DNA of 60,634 nt, filler included, from Sphacelaria rigidula (Eukaryota): assembly GCA_964200075.2 (NCBI GenBank). It is 4 parts of 4 records of this genome, joined end to end, with 100 filler letters (N's around TTAATTAATTAA, not from the genome) between each part and the next. Parts side by side here need not be neighbours in the genome. Positions count along the whole stretch, not along the records: positions 30,372 to 45,453 come from CAXNAA020001914.1; positions 45,554 to 60,634 come from CAXNAA020001915.1; 2 more parts are not named here. The stretch is one strand, 5' to 3'. Below the pieces are notes generated by a model. The model did no database searches, was not told the origin of the DNA, and was given only the letters and a program-made list of their open reading frames with translations. How positions within the stretch are numbered: the stretch's first letter is position 1; each line of letters begins with the position of its first letter. Below, one piece after another: positions 36,074 to 48,558 of the stretch. A program made the position numbers and the translations under genes.

Positions 36074-36250
36074 ACAGTGGGGGTCACGGTGTAAGAGAGC
36101 TAGCTCACTTTAAGAGAATTGCCGGTTTAGGAGAGGTCGAAAAGGCTTGGCACACCACTCTCTTAAACCGAACCCTGCTTTCTCTTAAACCGGACCCATT
36201 CTCTTAAACCCAACTCTCTTTTCTCTTAAACCGGATCCACCCCCATACTC
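36074..36250. mobile_element. Small TA-CAGTGGGGG MITE with CTCTTAAACC subterminal repeats
   Basis: Starts TACAGTGGGGGT. Four TCTCTTAAACC units precede ACCCCCA, with inverse TAAGAGA units near the left end. Confidence 0.55.
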
Positions 36251-37204
36251 CCCCGCTTTTTTACTGTACAGTACTGTAGTTGGTAACCTCGAAACCTTCT
36301 GAGGGTTGGTCGTGGGTTCAATTTTCGAAGTAATGGGGGATGTTTTCTCATACCATGCCCAAAAGTGGAGAACGAACATGTCGTGGGTACACAAAATTCG
36401 ACGTAACGGTCGACGAGGAGAAGCGACTGCTGAACCCCTCTCGTGATGAAAAATAAAAGGCAAGCAAAGCAGAAGGAAGGTAGGGTAGTAAAAGCTAATA
36501 TAGAAAATGAAGCTCCTGTGTTGACCTTTCTTCTGTGTGACCCCGACTGGTGCGCCCACATCAGTGGACTTCATCTCACTTGGTAGTTGACGGCGTCCAG
36601 AATATTGGGGACGACAACACACACACACATACTGTAGTCCGAAAAACAACATCTCAGTACGTCCAGCAGTTGTGATACACAAACAGCTTCAAGCTCCACA
36701 GGCTGTGAGCGTGATGCCTTGCGCGGCGGGTATTGCAGTGTTTGTTTGTACAGCAGTAGTACTGCAGAGAGATGTAATATGGCGGAGGTGTTGTACCATC
36801 TTCGTAAGGCCAAGCTGGCCTGGATGAACGAGCTTGGGTCAAGGAAAACAAAACAAACTTGCATGGTAGACTTCATGTAGCGTTGCAGAAGCTGCCCATG
36901 GGCGCATGTCATATGTCCACGGCTGGGTAGGACGAGTGCAGGTACTTGATTTTCACCGATGGTGGGAGAATCACTTGTACAGCAGTGCAGAGTGCAGCAC
37001 AGTATGTGTGGTTTCCGGTCTTTTTGCCTCATTTTATTGTTTGCTCCCGATATGTGACGTGTGTGTGGCGTGCATGTGTTGGGTTGGCCGCTATCTTCAG
37101 GTGATGTGGGGATAACTTCGAGAACGCAGAATAATCGATTTCTTCACAACAAGGGGGGATCGTGCTGGATGTGAGTCCCGTAGCGCACAAAAATATTGTG
37201 TAGA

Positions 37205-38392
37205 CAGCTACTTTTGTACATGGTCAATACATACAGACAGTACCGTACACAGGAGAGTAGTCACGCACGGTGCGATCGTACTGTGAATATTGAGTATTGT
37301 ATTTACCGTAGCGTGTGTGGTACTGACCCTTGGCACTACTAACTGTACGGCCTACATCGACATTGCGCTTTTGCCGTCGTACGGGCGTTCAAGACTGCTG
37401 CTGTTCCTCGCTGTCGTGTTTCCGCCGCCTTCGCCGGTCCCCGCATACACTTGATCGATGTGTAGAGGGGTTGACGTCGAGACACATGTTCGTACAGCAG
37501 TAGTATTTACTGTTTCTTGTATCTCAAGAAAAGAAACAACATACGTTATTATTTTACTGTAGTATACCAGCATGATGAGCCAGCAAAACAAAAATCGAGT
37601 GGGTTCCCATCTATGTCAGCACTCATGTTTCAACCCGTCCACTCGTATTCGTCCCTGTGTCGTTCCGAGTAGGTCGATGTGTCCACATATATGACAACCA
37701 ATACCTTGACTCTCATGTAGAAAGTCCCGCGCGCATAAACCACAAAATAACACTGCAACAGCTGGTGCTGCACCGTTTGCGGTAGAGTGCTCATCGGTCC
37801 TGCTCGTCAAAAATGAAGAATAACTTGATCGTAGATAATATTGGGCTGCTCCTTGTCTTATACCTACTATGTGTACAAGGCCAGAGTGTGTTTGCCGTTG
37901 TCTCCATCCTTCATCCATTAATTTTGCTGGTGGCGGCGGGGAGGGGCGGTCACCTGGCCGGTTGAACTACATATAGACATGGAACGTTTTGGCGTGATAT
38001 GGGGTAATATAGGGACGCCTCTTTTCTTGAGGAGATACAAGTTCATACGACACGAGATACAAATCCATACTACACGAAGCTCGAGCATATGTGCCTTGAT
38101 GCCAACCCCCCTACATCATCAAGAGTGTGTGGGACCGGCGAGGGCGGCGGAAACACGACAGCGAGGAACAGCAGCACTCTTGAACGCCCGTACCACGGCA
38201 CCAGCGCAACAGCGATGTAGACGGTACAGTTAGTAGTGCCCAGGGTCAGTACAACACGCGTTACAGTAAAAAGAAGATCCAATATCTACAGTACTCTCGC
38301 AGCTTGCATGACTATCGTACTCTCCTGTCTGTGTTGAAGCATGCCGCGGTACGGTACTGCCTGTATGTATTGACCATGCATAAAAGTAGCTG
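37205..38392. repeat. Long inverted repeat (~290-bp arms, ~590-bp spacer)
   Basis: 37205-37492 vs 38080-38392, e.g. TGCTGCTGTTCCTCGCTGTCGTGTTTCCGCCGCC / GGCGGCGGAAACACGACAGCGAGGAACAGCAGCA. Confidence 0.9.
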
Positions 38393-39593
38393 GGTCGGCT
38401 GCCTGCTGAGCGTATATGTGATGATGTGAATGGCTGCTGCTCTTTTGCCACTTGCTGATGGCGGTTCGTCTCTACATGTGTGTGAGGGTTATGATGCCAT
38501 CCGTGTGTGTGTGTGCTATGGTGCTGTTCGTGTGCGTGTCGTACTATGTGCCGTGCGTGAACCGTGTGTGGGCTCCCTTGTCCGGGGGGTGCTTCCAGAA
38601 ATGTGTTCGTCGGACGGGCGGGTCTGCTCAAACATGCTCCGGAACTGGTTCTAGTTTGGGGGTACGTTCAGGGAATCTGTCCGTGGGGGTAGAAATACGC
38701 CGGCCGAGCCCAGGGTCCTTTCTCCACCCCCCTTCATGTGAATCATGTTGAGCACTTTTGTCTCAAATTCAGGCGGGGGAAAGGCCTGCGAGCAATTCCC
38801 GCGTAATCATTTGGGCGGGTCCTGCTTTGAACATTTCGTCCTCGCGGAACGCGCGCTCGACGCTCGCGTTTTCAGCAAAAAAACTCCTCGAGGGCACCCT
38901 ACTGTCCCTCGATTCTACCCATGGCAGTCGGCTCGTTGCGAGCGGCCAACGCCTTCCGCACACCTGCTGCAGCAACTGAAGGATCGATCTCTGTATCAAT
39001 CCAACATTTTACATGTCGGCCTAGTGCCCCCTTTAGATGTTCACCATCGAGTACCGATCCGTCAAATATTGTACGTGGTAAACACGCGCGAATGTGCTTA
39101 GGCGCGAGTTCTGTCACGTTCAATAAAGCGGCCTGTACTGTCCTCCCCTTATTGCTCCGTTGTACGCTCTCTTCATGATCCCTATGGTTTTGAAAAAAAC
39201 GTCTGGAGGCGTCTTCGCTGAAATGCCATCCGTACTCCGGTGCTTTTGGCGATGCTCCTGCAGAAGATCGGTAAATTTAAACGTCACCTCATCGCCTGCA
39301 TCGCTCCCACTTCCTTTCCTACGCGTTGCCATTCTTCCTTAGCTGCACGCAATGCTTCCAGCCAACGTAGCCGTCCCTCCGTTCAACGAGCTGCAACGAG
39401 CTGCCTCGCGTTACAGACTGCACACCTGTCTGTGTACAATACAAAACTGTTTTGGCAGAGACTGTCCGCAGCTGAAAAAAACTTTGCCAGAAACCAGCGG
39501 GTTCTCTCAATGAACGTTTATAACCCCAGTGACGGAGGAAGCCCTTGGAGCAGTCTTGTGACTTTGCTTTGAGTCCACGAGGGGTCAATAACA

Positions 39594-39898
39594 TACATTT
39601 ATTGTGGGCTTGTCTGAAATCAGGACAAGGTCACAGTGCTGCTCCAGAGACTTCCTCTTCGTCACGGGCTCCAGAGTTTATAGCCTGGTTGATGGATAAC
39701 GGATCTGAGAGTATGATCGGTGGACTCCGTGATGTATGATGTTTACATACGAGGTGCAAGGTCACTCCTGGTTAACGAAAGACTGCCCTTTGCATAACTG
39801 CTTGAGTCTTGAAGTCTCTGGAGCCCGTGACAGGGAGGAAGCCTCTGGAGCAGTACTGCAACCTTGTGCTGATTCCAGGCAGGTTCACAATAAACGTT
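39594..39898. repeat. Foldback with ~95-bp arms plus a third upstream arm copy
   Basis: TGCTCCAGAGACTTCCTC..GTCACGGGCTCCAGAG vs CTCTGGAGCCCGTGAC..GAGGAAGCCTCTGGAGCA. A further copy lies at ~39525-39592. Confidence 0.85.
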
Positions 39899-40059
39899 TA
39901 TTCAGGAAACTTGCCGTTTCTGGATGAGGGTTTTGAAGCCGCATCCCACAGTATATAATACGGGGGACGCTCACGTTGAAAAACAAGGGGGAAGGAAATG
40001 GCGGAAAGAGAGGCGCTGGTCATATAAACCAAGGCAGCTGAAGGGAAGAAGTATTTTGG

Positions 40060-42690
40060 AAGGATGGCAGCGCGCAGGAGGATGGCAGGAGTGGAGCCGA
40101 GAAGGTTCTGACGTAGTGCTAGGGTGCACTTTGGTATCGGTTGATCCAGCTGGGTTGCCCGGAGAGCCTGCCAGAAAAAACGCGGCGCAATTACTACTTG
40201 AGACGGGAGAATCGCGAGGAGGCTGGCTCAAGGTTGGCTAGCCGTGTGCAAAAAGAGGAGTCTAGGGACTTCAAACACGTCGTGAGACCTGCGTGAGGAA
40301 GAAGCGCTGTTGCCATTGTCGTTTGGTGGCCAAGCGCATCTTGGCGTATGGGGAGTTATTATTTCTGTGATTGAGAAACAAACGCTGGTTTATCCGGAAC
40401 CGCTGTTGAGCTGTTGAGGTGCTGCTTTGTGATTGTCCACTATGTACACATGTCGTGGTGGCTCGGCGATTGATGAGAAGCGTGGAGGTAGCGGCAGAGC
40501 CTGTTCGACTGTTTAAAATGATGAGGCGCAGGAATATGCTATCGTCGATGGTCGTGTTATTCCTGTATTGGCGCTGGAGGTACCGTACTACGGCCGCAGT
40601 TTTTCGAGCGAGAAATCGGCCGAGTTTTTACGGAAGTACGAGCGATGTGTGGGAGATGTGGATCAGGTGAACCGCGGTGGACAAACCACTTTAAGGTGAC
40701 AGCAATATCTGACCTCATGCCGAAACATATCACGATATGTCTGTGTGACACGTTCTTGAAGCATGATTTTGATGTTGAGAAAGAGCAGCTGCTTTTCGCG
40801 TTGCGCAAGCATGTGTCGTCCGTTGGGGTGCGTCGCGCTGTGAAGCGCGCACTTGTCACACAGCACGTGTCTATTCGAGGGGAGAGGCATGAGAGCGCTC
40901 TCGCATGCACTTTTGCGGGCGAGAAGCATGTGTTTGCCCGAGGGGACAGGCACGACAGTGCACCAGCCGAACATGTAGTAGGTGCTGCGCGTCTGAAACA
41001 ACGATACAGGGCAGATGCTTGCACTGTGATAGCCAAGAAGCATGTGTCCGCCGAGGGGGCTGGCACGACAGGGCACCCGCTGAACGTGCAGTCGGTAGTG
41101 CGCGTCTCAAGCAACGATACAGGGCAGCTATTTTCAATGTGCAGAGCGGGAAGGAGACGCAGCACGTGTCTGTCAAAGCGGGTAGGCATGAGAGCGCGCC
41201 CGCCGACAGTACCACGGTAAGCATTGGTTTAGATGCTGCTGGTATTGCTTTTGAAGAGGGCGAACATGCCACGCAGCTCGAACGGGATACAGGCAGCTCC
41301 GCTGCCGCTGTTGCCGTTCAGCAGTGCGCTGAGCAGAAGGTGGTGGCTGCAGCGGGGATATTTGATCCAGCCGCTACTGCCGCTACTGTTGGAAGCGCAA
41401 AGTCAATTTGCTTCGATGAGCAAGCGCTGAGAGGCAAAAGCCCTGGTTGCTTGGGGCCACCGGACCAGCGCGTGATTGGGGACACACCTTGCATGCTCAC
41501 CGCTGAAACTGGGTGTTATCTTCGTGATGAGTGTGTGCAGAGCAAGCTTGGGGCTTACGATGCTGAGGGCGAGTTTATCTGCTCCAGTGATTCGGCGGGG
41601 GTTCATTCAGATGACTGGCAGTGGTGTCTGCTTGCAGGAAAAGTGGATATCAGGTTGGCGGATGTGGATTTGCTGGATCGCGCGGTGTTGCGGTGGTCGT
41701 ACGCATTGCCGTTCACATGGACAGCTTTGGCGTATTTGGCGGCGATGGCGGGGGTGCCTCAACTGTTGCGCCGCGGGGTGTTTGAGGAGGATAGCGTACC
41801 GCCATCAGGAGGTGTTGCTGTTCGGGACTGTGTAGCTGTTCCCGTTTCGCCTCTTGTTTCCTCTGTGAAACTGACTGAAGCACAGGTGTTCAGTACTACA
41901 ATGGTATCTATGGAGGCAGGTGGCTTGTCCCAGTGGTTCGGCGGTGCGGATATACCGTTTAGTGGCGAGCTGAGCGGCTCCACGAGGGTGCGAGCTGTAG
42001 CTGGACTCATGGCGCGAGGAGCAAGTGTTCGAGTGGAAACGCTGCTCTACGCTGTGCACGGAGTTGTGGTTCAAGTGCTGCTGTTTCTCAGGAGCGGGCT
42101 GGAGGACTACAAAGAAGGCATTACCTGAGGTGTTTTGCTTTCGTGGTGAGCGCCGAGTTGGGTGCTGATGTTGAGGAGCAAGTGCTGAGGTTATTGAGTG
42201 CTTGTTGAAAATGAGGAAACACATTATGACTGGAATTCGCGAATCGTTTTGAGCAGGATTGCAGTTGTGATTGCGTGGTTTGTGGTCATGTTCGCGCATG
42301 AAACATGGTTGTTGAGCGAGTATGATCGTATCGCGTGTGCAGGGTGAAATTCTGGCGTACACGTGGATATTTAGGATGTGTGTGTTGTGCTGATCTGGTT
42401 AGCACGGACGATGCATGGTGTTTACTAGGAGGAAGGTCGCATTGCATGTGCTGGGTGAAATGCTGGCATGCGTGTGTGGAATGTTCGCTAAGTTATGTGA
42501 GTGCCATGGTAACTGGCGAAGAGTCAGGGTGAGGGAATTTTCAATGTACTGCTGTATGCTGGATAGAGTGAACTTCGTGTATTCCTGCTCACACAGACAC
42601 GCGGCGGAGTTCCCTTTGTGCCGTTTGTGGGTCCTGACTGTAGGAGATGGTGATTGCTGCTGTTGCCGTTACAATGACCAGTAACTACGA
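40060..42690 (+). mobile_element. Same element, copy 2
   Basis: Shares CDTFLKHD.DVE.EQLLFALRKH, internal ~110-bp tandem units, and SVRVETLL.AVHGVV..LLFLRSGLED with the other copies. 5' boundary is approximate. Confidence 0.75.
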
Positions 42691-42959
42691 AATGCGTAGG
42701 CTCGTGTGTGCGCAAGGAAAACGCGAGTGTTTCTTGTGGCTGAAGATGACTGATCTTTGGCTATGGAACTTCTTTTGAGGTATTATTTCATTTCCGTCTG
42801 GAAGGATTCATGTGGATGGAGTGTCCGTTCGTCTAAGGAAGCGGTGCAGGTGAGGTGCAAGTCTGTTGGGATATGAACTGCATTTTATATTGCGGTTGAT
42901 CGACCGATGGGATATGCAGACTCCAGCCACCACTGTTACCTAAGGTTTGGGACTTTGTG

Positions 42960-44945
42960 TCGGTGGATTGCGGGTCTGATTGCCGGACTCTGTGATGGGT
43001 GACCTCCGCGACGAGTAGAGCCGGTTTTGCTCCTCTGTTGGAGAGAGGCTATGGTTCTGTTCTTCTATACTATGCTAAGGCTTAATATATAAGTAACTGA
43101 AGCTGCTGAAGTCCATATGCCCGTGATGGTAGGAGTCCACATGGCAATCTGAACTTGAGTGACAGAAGTCTATAATGAACGTTCATTAAGTCCGCTGTAA
43201 GGCGGTAGGTCCGCTGAAAAAGCAGCTGACACTTCAAGATTGGGAAGTCTGCAGGCCTGATCAGTTTGCAGCAAACGAGACCAGCTCAAGGCGTGTTAAC
43301 GTCGCGAGGAATTGGAGCAGAGCCGAGGAGGTTCTGAGGCAGTGCTAGGGCGGGCTGTGGTATCGCTCGTGCGTGAGGTGCGGGGGAGTGATCGACAGCT
43401 GGCGAGTCCGTGAGCGTTCCAGAAAAGCGGCGAAATTACTGCCTGATGGAGCCAGTGAGAGTTGCTTGTTCCACGCTTGGCCAGGTACGGTCAGGAAGAG
43501 GAGTCTAAGGACTTCACGCACGTGGTGAGACCTGCGTGAGGAAGAGGCGCTGTAGCCATTGTCTTTGTAAGGTGGTACAGGGCGTCTCGGTGGACGGAGA
43601 GAGATGTTGTTCCTGTGAGTGGGAGGCGACTTCGTTTTTCAAAAAGGCGGTGTGGAGTACTGTACTGCTGACCGAAATGTACGAGGCGCAGGAACATATC
43701 ATCGTCGATGGTCGTGTTGTTCTTGTACTGGCGCTGGAGATGCCGTACTACGGCCGCAGGTTTTCGAGCGAGAAATCAGCCGAGTTTTTACGCGAATACG
43801 AGCAATATTTGCGAGATGTAGATCAGGTGAACGCGCGGTGGACAAACCACTTTGAGGTGGCAGCAGTTTTTGACCTCATGTCGAAACATATTGCGAAATA
43901 TCTGTGCGACACATTCTTGAAGCATGATTATGATGTTGAGGACGAGCAGCTGCTTTTCGCGTTGCGCAAGCATGCACCGTCCGGTGGGGCGCATTGCACT
44001 GTGAAGGCCGAGAAACATGTGTCTGCCCGAGGGGACAGGCGCGACAGTGCACCAGCCGAACGTGCAGTAGGTGCTGCGCGTCTGAAACAACGATACAGGG
44101 CAGATGCTTGCAATGTGAAATCCGAGTAGCATGTGTCTGCCCGTGGGGATAGGCACGGCAGTGCACCCGCTGAACGTGCAGTCGGTAGTGCGCGTCTTAA
44201 ACCGCGATACAGCGCAGCTGTTTCCGCTTTGCAGAGCGGGAAGGAGACGCAGCACGTGTCTGTGAAAACGGGTAGGCATGAGAGCGCGCCCGCCGACAGT
44301 ACCACGGTGAGCATTGGTTCGGATGCTGCTGGTATTGCTGTTGAAGAGGGCAAACATGCCACGCAGCTCGAGGGGACTGCAGGCAGCTAGCTCAGCTGCC
44401 GCTATTGCCGTTCAGGAGTGCGCTGAGCAGGGTGTGGTGGCTGCAGCGGGGATATTTGATCCAGCCGCTGCTGGCGCTGCTGTTGACAGCGCGAAGCCAG
44501 TTTGCTCCGATAAGAAAGCGCTGAGTGGCGAAGGTCCAGGTTTCTTGCGGCCGCCGGACCAGCGGGTAGCTGGAGACACACCTTGTATGCTAACCGCTGC
44601 AGGGGGGTTTTATCTTCATCATGAGAGTGAGCAGATCAAGCTTAGGGCTTACGATGCTCAGGGTGAATCTATCTGCGCCAGTGACATGGCGGGCAATCGT
44701 TCAGATGATTTGCAGGGGTATCTGCTTGAAGGACAGGTGGATGCCGGGTTGGCGGAATTGCCGCCGAAGCAGCGCGTAGCTGTGGACACGCCTTTATGAT
44801 CAAAGCAAAAGGGGCCTGTGACCCGCGTGAAGCGGGTATGCAGAGCGAGCTGCAAGCTCGTGATGCCGTCAGCGATCACAATTCTGACAGCGACGACAAG
44901 CGTTGCGTGGTGTTGGGGTGGTCCTGTGCACTGCTGTTTACATAT
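42960..44945 (+). mobile_element. Same element, copy 3 (3'-truncated), best-preserved gag-like ORF
   Basis: ORF 43536-44129: MYEAQEHIIVDGRVV..MPYYGRRFSSEKSAEFLREYEQYLRDVDQVN..LLFALRKHA. Confidence 0.75.
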
Positions 44946-45453
44946 GCATTCTCGGTTTTGGAGTGCAGGCGGGTTCAAGAACCGAGGGTCTAGCCCATCA
45001 CTATAGATGTGCCTGATTGTTTGGACTAGGGACCTTGATGGGCAATTATCGCATCAAATAATTGTCAAAGTAGCGGGTAAAATGGGTGACCACAGTTATG
45101 GGTGCGCCTGACCCCCAAAAATGAGCTCAAAAAGTGCCACCGACCAAATCACGAACAGACCGGAGATGACCTTCATCCTCTGAATAAACACGCCGCAAAA
45201 TCCCTCAAAGTACTTGTGATTTGAGTAGAGTTTCAATTCCACGCTTCTGAAGTTTTCTTGTTTCGGAGGACAAACCACGGCGTGGCTCGGCTACTTCCCG
45301 GCGTGTATTTGTCCTAGCCACAATTTTATCGGAGTCATCCTACGATAGGGGGCGGGTATTGTGGGCAATTTGTTGCTCGAAATTTCGCGTCAGATCGTCG
45401 TTGAAAGCAGCAACGATTGTTCGAACAAGCTTGTTGTGGATCAATAACGCTCA

Positions 45454-45553
45454 NNNNNNNNNNNNNNNNNNNNNNNNNNNNNNNNNNNNNNNNNNNNTTA
45501 ATTAATTAANNNNNNNNNNNNNNNNNNNNNNNNNNNNNNNNNNNNNNNNNNNN
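45454..45553. other. Artificial contig-joining spacer
   Basis: Identical 100-nt N/TTAATTAATTAA linker. Confidence 0.97.
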
Positions 45554-48500
45554 CACGCCCTGTGCTGTCACGAGACTGTCTGCTGCTGCGATTGCAAAAA
45601 TATCAAACGCCTGTTGCCGTATCATCGTACATCAATGTACGTACGTCACTTCTTGAAGATTCGGGGGAATTCGATTTTCCCCCAATCTGCGCTCAGATGG
45701 GGAGAAAACCGTTCTCAAGTCGTGACACACGAAACATTTTGTGCGTACAGATCCATTTTTGTGACGATCATACAAAATGTTTTAAGTTTCCCAATATAAG
45801 GCCGACTGATCCGGTTCTTATTTTTCCATCGTATTTTGCAACAAATTATGAGAAAAAAATACCGCTAGAAAAATATAATGAGAAATGTTGACCCTACCTT
45901 ACGGTTCCAGATATTTTTTGAGGAGGGTGGGGTACCAAAAGAGCGGGAAGGTACCAGAAGTACGGCGAGCGGAATGCAAAGGGGTGTGCACGCCAAGGTG
46001 AGGTACAACGACCAAAAGACTTCGCCATGCCGAGCTTCCTGTGCTGGTGTCAGAAGGCGTGAAACATAGACCTCCCCCGATCGCTGCTGATCCAGCTCGT
46101 ACTGTGTGCAAACTGACATCTTCTTCCTATTCTGCCGTATCCCGTATGCGGCTGTAGAGGCAGTAGCACTGTCTAGTGCTGTCGGTACTGCACTCCTTCA
46201 CATCACTTTTAACGCAGCCGTTGTACATTACCGTCTGCAACCTGAAGCATGTATACAGCCGTATACGGCAGTACAGACAGTACTGCACAGCTTAGTTTTG
46301 CCTGTACTGCACGTTGTCCACATCATATTGAGTGCAGCCGTTGTACACTACTGGCAGACGAACACTTGCATCCTACTGCACTGTTGAGTGCAGCATTACA
46401 AGCCTCTTGCTGTATGCACTGCACATTGTCCAAATAATTTTCAGCAGCCGTTGGGTGCAACATGGCTTTGCATCCTACTGTGTGTTCGATGCGGCAGTGC
46501 AGACAGTACAGTACTGCCTTTTGTTTGTATTGCACGTTGTTTACATATCTCATTATGTACGCACCATTTTTACTACAGCTGTGCGTCAACTGACAACTAC
46601 AACTCACTGCATGAGGCAGCACAGACAGTATCCTGTAATCTCTCCGCTGTGTACTGTCCGTGCTGCAGGTTTTCGAGAGCACGGTCGATGCCAACAGATC
46701 ATCAACCCCTGGCGACATCTCGCGTGCGCCGGGATGGCGAAGCAAAGTTTGGTCCACTGTAGTGGGTAAACGGCGCTGTGGATGTTCGACATTGATATCA
46801 GGAGAGCCCCGCAGATGACGAAGGGCACAAACATCTCCAGGGCTGGCGGGCGATGCTAGTCTCGCCGCGTCTCGAATGAAAAATACAAGAGCAAAATACA
46901 AGTCGATCTCGTATTGTATTTGAAAAAAAAAGCCAGGAGGGTCCATCTCGTAAAACGTTTCCTCGTCTTTTGTTTTTTTCCCAAAAATCTTGTGAATATA
47001 CGTACCGTAGGTAGCCATCTTGTATTTTTTCCTCGTTTTTGGCGAAATACGAGAGGAAAAAACGAACCGGAAGAAACGGCCAGAGGTAAAAGAAAATCGA
47101 AAGGAAAATCGGACCCAGAAAAAATCCACACAGACACGATACAAGAGAAGAGAAAAAAAAAGGGAAAAAAAGACTGCTAGTCCACGAAGTTCCAACGCCG
47201 TATGCGACCATTCGGGCTACTGGAGGCAGGGTTAATTGGTCCACTCAGCACGCGAAGCCAAACGGGAAGGGAGCCGAACTCAAGAACCAGATTCTTCAGC
47301 CAAAGCGATGAAAACCGCAGGGTTCTGTCCTTGTACCGCTATAGGGACCGCTAGGTGTGCGGAGATACTAGGCATAACAGGAAAATCACCACATAACAAC
47401 ACACACCACGTCGGGGGAGGCGCGCATCGTAGAGACAGTACAATACTGCCTTGACATGTTGCCATATGCATACAGTGGCTCAAGTCTCACCGCATGCATC
47501 GCCCTTCGCATTGCCCTCCCGCTCTTTCCTTGGCTGTCATGGGGCGCTATCGTGTTGACGGAGCCCGCTTCCCCCCTTGAATCTTCCTCCATCTCCCGGT
47601 CACTATCGTACTCGATGTTGTCCTGAGGAGGCATGATGTCTCTTTCTCTGTGTGCTTGTTGTCTACCTGCCGCTGCTGACAATGTTGCCTGTTTTTTCAT
47701 TCCATACATTGCACAACACGTGAGAAGGAAGGAGGCTACTCCACCGGCGTTGGGCTACAAATGTCCATGGTTGAATCAGCTTCTTAAGTATCGCTACGCA
47801 TACCGAGAACCCTTGAGCAAGGGCGACACATGCATTCCCTAGGCAAAGTGCGGTCTTGGTAGACCCCAAATCGGCGCCTGTGGCGCCGATTTCAACGTAA
47901 ACGCCCTTTGCGCACGCGAGGAGCACATGGGACTGTCAGCCCTACTAAATTTCCGATTCTCGTTGTACACACTCAAATCAAGCAACATCAACCATGATCA
48001 TTTGTAGCCAAACGCCGGTAAACTCTACTGGGAAAAACGACGCGACCTAATTGCAGGCGGGGTATGCAAATAAAAGTGCGCAGATCGCGAACGCCTCCAG
48101 AATCAAATTCACACAGTGTCGGTCCACCGAAAACACCAAAAAGCTAGAATCTGGGGTTGCACTTTCGCAGGGCCCCCCAAGATCGGTCAAGCCCGTAAGT
48201 CACTCAATATTGACCGCAGATATCTTTTCTTTCAATGATTATCAAGAGGATTAAAATATCTCCACTTGATCATTTTTTGGCATCCAACAGTCATTGTGAT
48301 GTACGGATCCTGCATACTTCTGACGCTGGCTACTGTATTGATATTATGGTACCGACCAAAGGATATGGTATTCAAGCTAGAACGTCATACCCTTTGGTAC
48401 CGACAGTGATACCGAGTGCAACTCACATGCGCATCCCAAACGCTACGTAATTTCTTGTGTTTTTCCCGGCCCGACCTATTTGTAAGTGGGGTATGCAAAT

Positions 48501-48558
48501 AAGAGTGCGCAGGTCGCGAACGCATCCAGAGCCAAAATCCACAAAAACGCCAATTTTA

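Noticed and set aside
40905-42128. Longest ORF (407 aa) as a host gene
   Set aside because: It lies within a repeated element whose sibling copies have stops and frameshifts at equivalent positions, and it has no recognisable domain.
46323-47195. 290-aa minus-strand ORF
   Set aside because: Low-complexity F-rich and TACTG/CAGTA-rich sequence, with no splice-supported exon or domain that I can recognise.
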